Source: Candidatus Multivorans sp.
GTDB taxonomy: Bacteria; Acidobacteriota; Thermoanaerobaculia; Multivoradales; Multivoraceae
NCBI GenBank assembly: GCA_965224025.1
Contig: OZ245033.1
Span: 896,001-960,000 of the forward strand
DNA: 64,000 nucleotides
Direction: 5' to 3'
The translations under genes and the position numbers were made by a program. Positions 58,981-64,000 of this stretch are shown piece by piece (position 1 is the first letter of the stretch; each line of letters starts with the position of its first letter). Below the pieces are notes generated by a model. The model was not told the DNA's origin. It saw only the letters and a program-made list of their open reading frames with translations, and made no database searches.

Positions 58981-60360
58981 GTGTCGAAGAGCCTCCACTA
59001 TCTCCTCGCCGCCACCTTTGCAGCAACGCCCGCGATTCATGCCGCGGCCAACGACGCCAATGACTGGCCCGGCTTCCGCGGCGCGGACGGCAGCGGCGTC
59101 GCCCGCTCCGGCCCGGGCCCGGCGGCCGACCTCGACCCCGAACGGAACCTGCTCTGGAAAACGAAGATCGAGGGCCGCGGCCACTCCTCACCAGTCATGG
59201 CCGATGGCCGCATCTTCCTCACCACGGCGATCGTCGGCGAGCCGATTCCCGGCGCCGGCCCTCCCGAGCACACCTTCGGAGGACAGCCCTTCCGCCACCC
59301 GCAAGCCACTGACGGCAACCGCCACCACACGATGAAGGTCATCGGGCTCGACGCCGACTCGGGGAAGATCCTCTGGTCGCACACGGCCTACGAAGGCCGG
59401 GTCTACGACGACCGCCATTCCGAGTCGTCCTACGCTTCGCCGACCCCGGTCACCGACGGCGAGCGGGTCTACGCCTACTTCGGCTCCGAGGGCGTTTACG
59501 CCTACACGATGGACGGCGAACCGGTCTGGGAACGCGATATCGGCGACATCAAAACCGTAGGCCTCGGTGTCGGCTCCTCGCCGGTGCTCACAGACGGCCT
59601 GCTGATCATCCTGGCCGACGAGGACAGCGGCGACGACTCCTTCATCGTCGCGCTGGACGCCGCCACCGGCGAGGAGGTCTGGAAGCGCCAGCGGCCCGTC
59701 CAGGCGAGTTGGGCAACGCCCGTCCTGGTCGAGCACGACGGCCAGAAGCAGTTGCTGACGACCGGCTACGAGTACGTCATCGCCTACGACCCGGCGGACG
59801 GCCGCGAACTCTGGCGAGCCCGGGGGCTCCAGAACAATGCGATCCACACGCCGATGACCGTCGGCGACCTGGCGGTCTTCACGTCCGGCTACCCCGGCAA
59901 GGTCGTCTTCGCGATTCCCCTCGACAGCCGCGGCGATCTGACCGGCGACGACCCGCGGGTCTGGACTTACCGCAAGGGCACCGGCTACGTGCCCTCGAAC
60001 CTGCTCTACCACGGACTGCTCTACCTGACCAACGACGGCGGCGTGATCACCTGCCTCGACGCCCGCACCGGCGAAGTGGTCTACGAAGGCGGACGGCTGC
60101 CGATCCGCGGCCGCTACTCCGCCTCCATGGTCGGCGGCGGCGGGCGGATCCTGATGGTCAACACGGACGGCGACGCCGCCATCATGCGCGCCGGCAGGGA
60201 GCACGAGGTCCTCGGCAGCTTCTCGCTCGGCGAGTCGGTCTGGGCGACGCCGGCGATCGTCGGCGACCGGCTCTACGTGCGCGGCCGCGAACACCTCTTC
60301 GCACTCGGCCCGGCTGAGAGCAGGACGGCGCAGTCGACTGGCAACGCCGGCGGGCCCTGA
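58981..60360 (+). CDS. Secreted PQQ-like beta-propeller (BamB-like) protein
   Basis: DWPGFRG, GHSSPV and YASPTPVTDG motifs; repeated D..TG..VW. Confidence 0.88.
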   Translation: MSKSLHYLLAATFAATPAIHAAANDANDWPGFRGADGSGVARSGPGPAADLDPERNLLWKTKIEGRGHSSPVMADGRIFLTTAIVGEPIPGAGPPEHTFGGQPFRHPQATDGNRHHTMKVIGLDADSGKILWSHTAYEGRVYDDRHSESSYASPTPVTDGERVYAYFGSEGVYAYTMDGEPVWERDIGDIKTVGLGVGSSPVLTDGLLIILADEDSGDDSFIVALDAATGEEVWKRQRPVQASWATPVLVEHDGQKQLLTTGYEYVIAYDPADGRELWRARGLQNNAIHTPMTVGDLAVFTSGYPGKVVFAIPLDSRGDLTGDDPRVWTYRKGTGYVPSNLLYHGLLYLTNDGGVITCLDARTGEVVYEGGRLPIRGRYSASMVGGGGRILMVNTDGDAAIMRAGREHEVLGSFSLGESVWATPAIVGDRLYVRGREHLFALGPAESRTAQSTGNAGGP

Positions 60361-60382
60361 ACAGCCGCGGAGTAAGAACCAC

Positions 60383-60411
60383 CCTGGGAACGCGGGCGTC
60401 TCGCCCCCATC
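60383..60411. repeat. Family-A REP-like element (diverged)
   Basis: CCTGGGAACGCGGGCGTCTCGCCCCCATC. Confidence 0.7.
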
Positions 60412-60495
60412 AAGCGCGAGGCCGCGAAGCGGTGAGCCCGAGCCGGAAGCCCCACAACCCGCGAAACCAAATCGACCGCAGTAGCCTGACGTGCG

Positions 60496-62712
60496 ATGAA
60501 CCCGACCCGCATCGCCGTCCTCCTCCCCTGCCTCAACGAGCAGGCGACGATCGCCGATGTCGTGGCGGCGTTCCAGCGCGCCCTGCCCGACGCCGCCGTC
60601 TACGTCTGCGACAACGGGTCCGACGACGGCACCGCGGAAGCCGCCGCAGCCGCCGGCGCCACCGTCATCGCCGAGCCCCGGCGCGGCAAGGGCCGGGCCA
60701 TCCGCCGCCTGTTCCGCGAGGTGGACGCCGACATCTACCTGATGGCCGACGGCGACGACACCTACGACGCCGAGAGCGCCGGCCGTCTCGTTTCGACCCT
60801 CCAGGAGCGTGACCTCGACATGCTCGTGGCGGCCCGCAAGCGCGCCGACGCGCACGCCTACACGCCGCTGCGCCGCCTCGGCAACCGGCTGTTCACCGCC
60901 CTCGCCCGCTGGCGCTGCGGCCCCCGGGAGCATGACCTCCTGTCCGGCTACCGGGTCTTCTCGCGCCGCTTCGTGGAGCGCTTCCCCGCGCGCTCCAACG
61001 GCTTCGAGATCGAGACCGAGCTGACACTCTTCGCCGCGTCTTCGGACCTCGCCTGGGACGAAACCCCGTGCCCCTACTTCGCCCGGCCGGAGGGCTCGGC
61101 GAGCAAACTCAAGGCGTTCCGCGACGGCTTCCGCATCCTGCGCACGCTGTTTTCTTCTGACCTGGGAACGCGGGCTTCCAGCCCGCATTCCGGAGGCCCA
61201 GCAACTGCCATCCGGCCCGCACGCCAGCAGCGCCTACGACCTCTCCGCGCCACCACTCTCATCACCGCCGTCACGCTCGCGGCCACCGCTCTCTTCCTGA
61301 CGCTGAACTGGCTCGCCGTCCGCGCCGATCCGGAGCCGGTAGCCGAAGCGCTACGCGCCTCCTACGCACAACCGGGCCGGACGGTCCAGGACTCGCGCGA
61401 GAGCTTCAACGACTGCCTGCTCAGCCTGATGACGCTCGACCGCGACGCCTCGACCCTGGAGCGCACGGTCTCCCCTCGCCGGGTGTACCGCTACACGAGA
61501 CCGCAGCGCCCCTGCGACGCGCTCAGGCAACGTCTCGACCAGGGCGCCGTCGACGACTCGGACTACCTGACCGTCTTCTACCACCAGTACTGGGCCGGCC
61601 AGCGCGTTATGCTGCAGTGGCTGCTGCCGCGCATCGGCGTGGAGGGGCTACGCCAGTGGCTACGCGTGCTGACCTTCGGCCTGCTGGGTCTCGGGCTCGT
61701 CGGCGCGCTGGTTATCGCGACGGCAGTCGCCGCCCTGCCCCCGGCTCGGGCACGCCGGTTTCCAGCCAGCCTCAGGCGAAGGCTCGGCCTGCCGCCGGAT
61801 CCAGGTGTGACGCCGAACCCGCTGGTGAGACGCCAGACCCTCTTCCAGGCCGTCGCGCTCGCCGCGCTCATCGGCAACCTCCTGCTCTTCCTCGACCTCG
61901 ACGACCGCGCCGGCAGCTTCACCACCGGCGCCTCGAACGTGCTGACGTTCGTCGTGCTTCTCGCCGTGCCGAGACGCCGTATCGCGCACTGGCGACCGAG
62001 CATCCAGGTCGTCCTCTTCGCCGCCTTCGGCGCGCTGATCGCCTACCACGAACTCCTGTTCGGCAGCGCCCTGATCGGACTCGTCGTCCTGCTGCTGGTG
62101 CTGGCGGTCGCACCTCCGCCGTCCACGGGATACTCCGCCCGATCGTCCGATCCTGTCGGCGAACCGCGGACCTGGCGCCGCCAACTGCTGATCCGCTGCG
62201 CCGGCGCCTACGCCTCTTGCCTCTCCGCCGTCTTCCTGCTCCGGGTCCTCCTCGCCGAACTCGTGTTCCGCGAGCCCGTGCTCTTCAAGTTCTGGGACCA
62301 GCTCACTTTCCGGCTCTACGGCGCCCCGCGCAGCTCCATCCATCCCGACATCGATCCCTTCTACTCCAGCGCGCCGACTCTCGAACGGACCCTCGAACGG
62401 GTCGGGAACCACCTGGGCACCGTCGGCCTCGGCTCACCGGCCCTGGCCGTCGTCCTGATCGTCGTCACGGCGGCCACGCTGATCGCCGGCACCCTCTACG
62501 TCCTCCGCCACTGGTGGTCCCTCGAAGACCCCTGGCGCTGGGCCGGCATCCTCGCCGCCGGGTGGGCTCTCCCGGCCTGGTACGCCGTCTTCTTCGCCCA
62601 CTCCCTGGCGCACGTGCCGGTTGCGCTGCGGCTACTGGCGCTGCCGTACGCGGCGGCTGCGGTGCTCGTCGTCGGAGCTGCCATGTTCCGGCGGAGGACT
62701 GTGGAGACCTGA
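60496..62712 (+). CDS. GT2 (DPM-synthase-like) glycosyltransferase fused to a polytopic membrane domain
   Basis: LPCLNE, DNGS.D.T, GKG.A, DGDDTY, SGYRVFSR, FEIETE and R.EGS.SKL motifs; C-terminal Y.QYWAG followed by many TM helices. Confidence 0.85.
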   Translation: MNPTRIAVLLPCLNEQATIADVVAAFQRALPDAAVYVCDNGSDDGTAEAAAAAGATVIAEPRRGKGRAIRRLFREVDADIYLMADGDDTYDAESAGRLVSTLQERDLDMLVAARKRADAHAYTPLRRLGNRLFTALARWRCGPREHDLLSGYRVFSRRFVERFPARSNGFEIETELTLFAASSDLAWDETPCPYFARPEGSASKLKAFRDGFRILRTLFSSDLGTRASSPHSGGPATAIRPARQQRLRPLRATTLITAVTLAATALFLTLNWLAVRADPEPVAEALRASYAQPGRTVQDSRESFNDCLLSLMTLDRDASTLERTVSPRRVYRYTRPQRPCDALRQRLDQGAVDDSDYLTVFYHQYWAGQRVMLQWLLPRIGVEGLRQWLRVLTFGLLGLGLVGALVIATAVAALPPARARRFPASLRRRLGLPPDPGVTPNPLVRRQTLFQAVALAALIGNLLLFLDLDDRAGSFTTGASNVLTFVVLLAVPRRRIAHWRPSIQVVLFAAFGALIAYHELLFGSALIGLVVLLLVLAVAPPPSTGYSARSSDPVGEPRTWRRQLLIRCAGAYASCLSAVFLLRVLLAELVFREPVLFKFWDQLTFRLYGAPRSSIHPDIDPFYSSAPTLERTLERVGNHLGTVGLGSPALAVVLIVVTAATLIAGTLYVLRHWWSLEDPWRWAGILAAGWALPAWYAVFFAHSLAHVPVALRLLALPYAAAAVLVVGAAMFRRRTVET

Positions 62713-62806
62713 AATCTCGGAGTCAGGCGGTCGATATCTCGGAGTCGAGATAGGGGAAATCTCGGAGTACAACGCCGGAAATCTCGGATTCAAGTTAGAA
62801 TCCCGG
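62711..62806. promoter_or_regulatory. Phased direct-repeat array plus palindrome upstream of the ATPase gene
   Basis: ATCTCGGA at 62714, 62736, 62759 and 62781; inverted repeat GGATTC-N6-GAATCC at 62786-62803. Confidence 0.65.
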
Positions 62807-62810
62807 AACG

Positions 62811-63983
62811 ATGATCGCCAGGGAAGAGTACCTCCGGAGAATCGCGACAGCCACCAACCGGGCGCCGGTCACCTCCCTGCTCGGACCCCGCCAGTGCGGC
62901 AAGACCACGTTGGCCCGCCAGTTCGTCTCGACCCGGGACGCGACGATCTTCGACCTCGAATCAGAGGCCGACGTTCGTCGGCTCAGCAACCCCGAACTCG
63001 TTCTGGGGGAGCTCCAGGGATTCGTCGTACTGGACGAGATTCAGGTTCGGCCGGTGCTCTTCAACGTCCTCCGCGTTCTCGTGGACCGGCCTGGCAGCGA
63101 CACCCGCTTCCTCATCCTCGGCAGTGCCTCGCCCGACATCGTGCGCGGCGTATCCCAGACCCTGGCAGGCCGGGTCACGTTCATCGACATGGCCGGGTTC
63201 GACCTGGCGGAGGCCGGCGCCGACAACTTGCGGATGCTCTGGCGGCGCGGCGGTTTTCCACGCTCCTACCTGGCGCCGTCGGAAGCCGACAGCTGCGCCT
63301 GGCGAGACGCCTTCTTCCAGACCTTCCTGGAGCGCGACGTTCCGCAACTCGGCATCTCGATGCCGGCCCCGGCGATGCGACGCTTCTGGACCACCCTGGC
63401 GCACTACCACGGCCAAACCTGGAACGCCTCGAAACTCGGCCGAACGATCGGGGTGTCGGACAAGACGGCTCGCAACTACCTGGACCTCCTGACCGGCGCC
63501 TTCATGGTTCGCCAACTCCATCCCTGGTTCGAGAACGCGGCGAAGCGCGAGGTCAAGGCGCCCAAGGTCTATATCCGCGACACCGGCCTCCTGCATTCGC
63601 TCCTGGGCATCGCCGACGACCGGGATCTTCTCGGCCATCGCCGCGTCGGGGCCTCCTGGGAAGGCTTCGCCATCGAACAGGTCCTGTTCACCTTGCGCCA
63701 ACCCTACGGCTGGTTCTGGGCCACGCACGGCGGCGGTGAGCTGGACCTGCTGGTCCGTACCCGCGGCCTTCGCATCGGCTTCGAGATGAAGTTCAGCGAA
63801 GCCCCGAAGGTCACCGGGACGATGCGCAACACCGCCGAGACCCTCCGGCTCGACCATCTCTTCGTCGTCTGCCCGACCAGACGGGCGTATCCGGTCGAAC
63901 GCCACATCACCGTCCTGCCGGCAACGGAAATCCCCGATCTGCGCGACCGCGTCGCGGCTCTCCCGCCGCGCACTACACGCTGA
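62811..63983 (+). CDS. AAA_14 ATPase with wHTH and DUF4143 (PD-(D/E)xK-like) C-terminal domain
   Basis: GPRQCGKTT, VVLDEIQ, ILGSAS, LAGR, GGFP, K.PKVY..DTGL and ELDL..FEMK motifs. Confidence 0.92.
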   Translation: MIAREEYLRRIATATNRAPVTSLLGPRQCGKTTLARQFVSTRDATIFDLESEADVRRLSNPELVLGELQGFVVLDEIQVRPVLFNVLRVLVDRPGSDTRFLILGSASPDIVRGVSQTLAGRVTFIDMAGFDLAEAGADNLRMLWRRGGFPRSYLAPSEADSCAWRDAFFQTFLERDVPQLGISMPAPAMRRFWTTLAHYHGQTWNASKLGRTIGVSDKTARNYLDLLTGAFMVRQLHPWFENAAKREVKAPKVYIRDTGLLHSLLGIADDRDLLGHRRVGASWEGFAIEQVLFTLRQPYGWFWATHGGGELDLLVRTRGLRIGFEMKFSEAPKVTGTMRNTAETLRLDHLFVVCPTRRAYPVERHITVLPATEIPDLRDRVAALPPRTTR

Positions 63984-64000
63984 CCTTCCAGGACAACGCG

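Noticed and set aside
62711-62806. CRISPR array or plasmid replication origin
   Set aside because: The repeats (8-13 bp) and spacers are too short for CRISPR; there is no rep gene or AT-rich unwinding region.
448-63973. Many long antisense or alternate-frame ORFs (e.g. 448..2391+, 22631..25126+, 29275..31941+, 37780..40377-, 56108..59191-)
   Set aside because: Shadow ORFs of real genes in high-GC DNA; Arg/Gly/Ala-rich with no recognisable motifs.
1-64000. tRNA or rRNA genes
   Set aside because: No cloverleaf or rRNA signature was recognised in the intergenic regions by eye.

Overview
GC-rich bacterial chromosomal window. GWxTD/VWA, Oar-type TonB receptor, tricorn and PQQ-propeller genes suggest Acidobacteriota; that assignment is inference only. 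Core content: argC-J-B-D-H-R, rhomboid, xseAB, a GWxTD-Ig-VWA protein, an SLC13/TrkA-C transporter, peptidases, a class-III aminotransferase, a thiolase with an HMGS-like/DUF35 partner, a form-II cox-like cluster (G-S-L-M), acyl-CoA dehydrogenase, pyk, gap, glcF, malate synthase, tricorn, a GT2 fusion and an AAA_14/DUF4143 ATPase. Two accessory hotspots: (i) 12.8-18.5 kb, with an IS1595 element whose terminal inverted repeats enclose a methyltransferase-nuclease gene frameshifted at a G8 tract, plus a secreted TIMP-like/matrixin-like pair; (ii) 41.4-46.6 kb, with IS630 inside a DUF4268-like gene and IS1634 inside an MqsA-like antitoxin that is flanked by two covarying ~160-bp hairpin elements. 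Most notable observations: a UGSC-family selenoprotein missed by the ORF track (in-frame TGA plus SECIS-like hairpin), divergent from a CxxC partner; a catalytically dead GAPDH paralogue translationally coupled to the active gap; the candidate phase-variable R-M cargo; and a REP element translated in frame as the linker of a gene fusion. All calls come from motif recognition by eye; no database searches were run.
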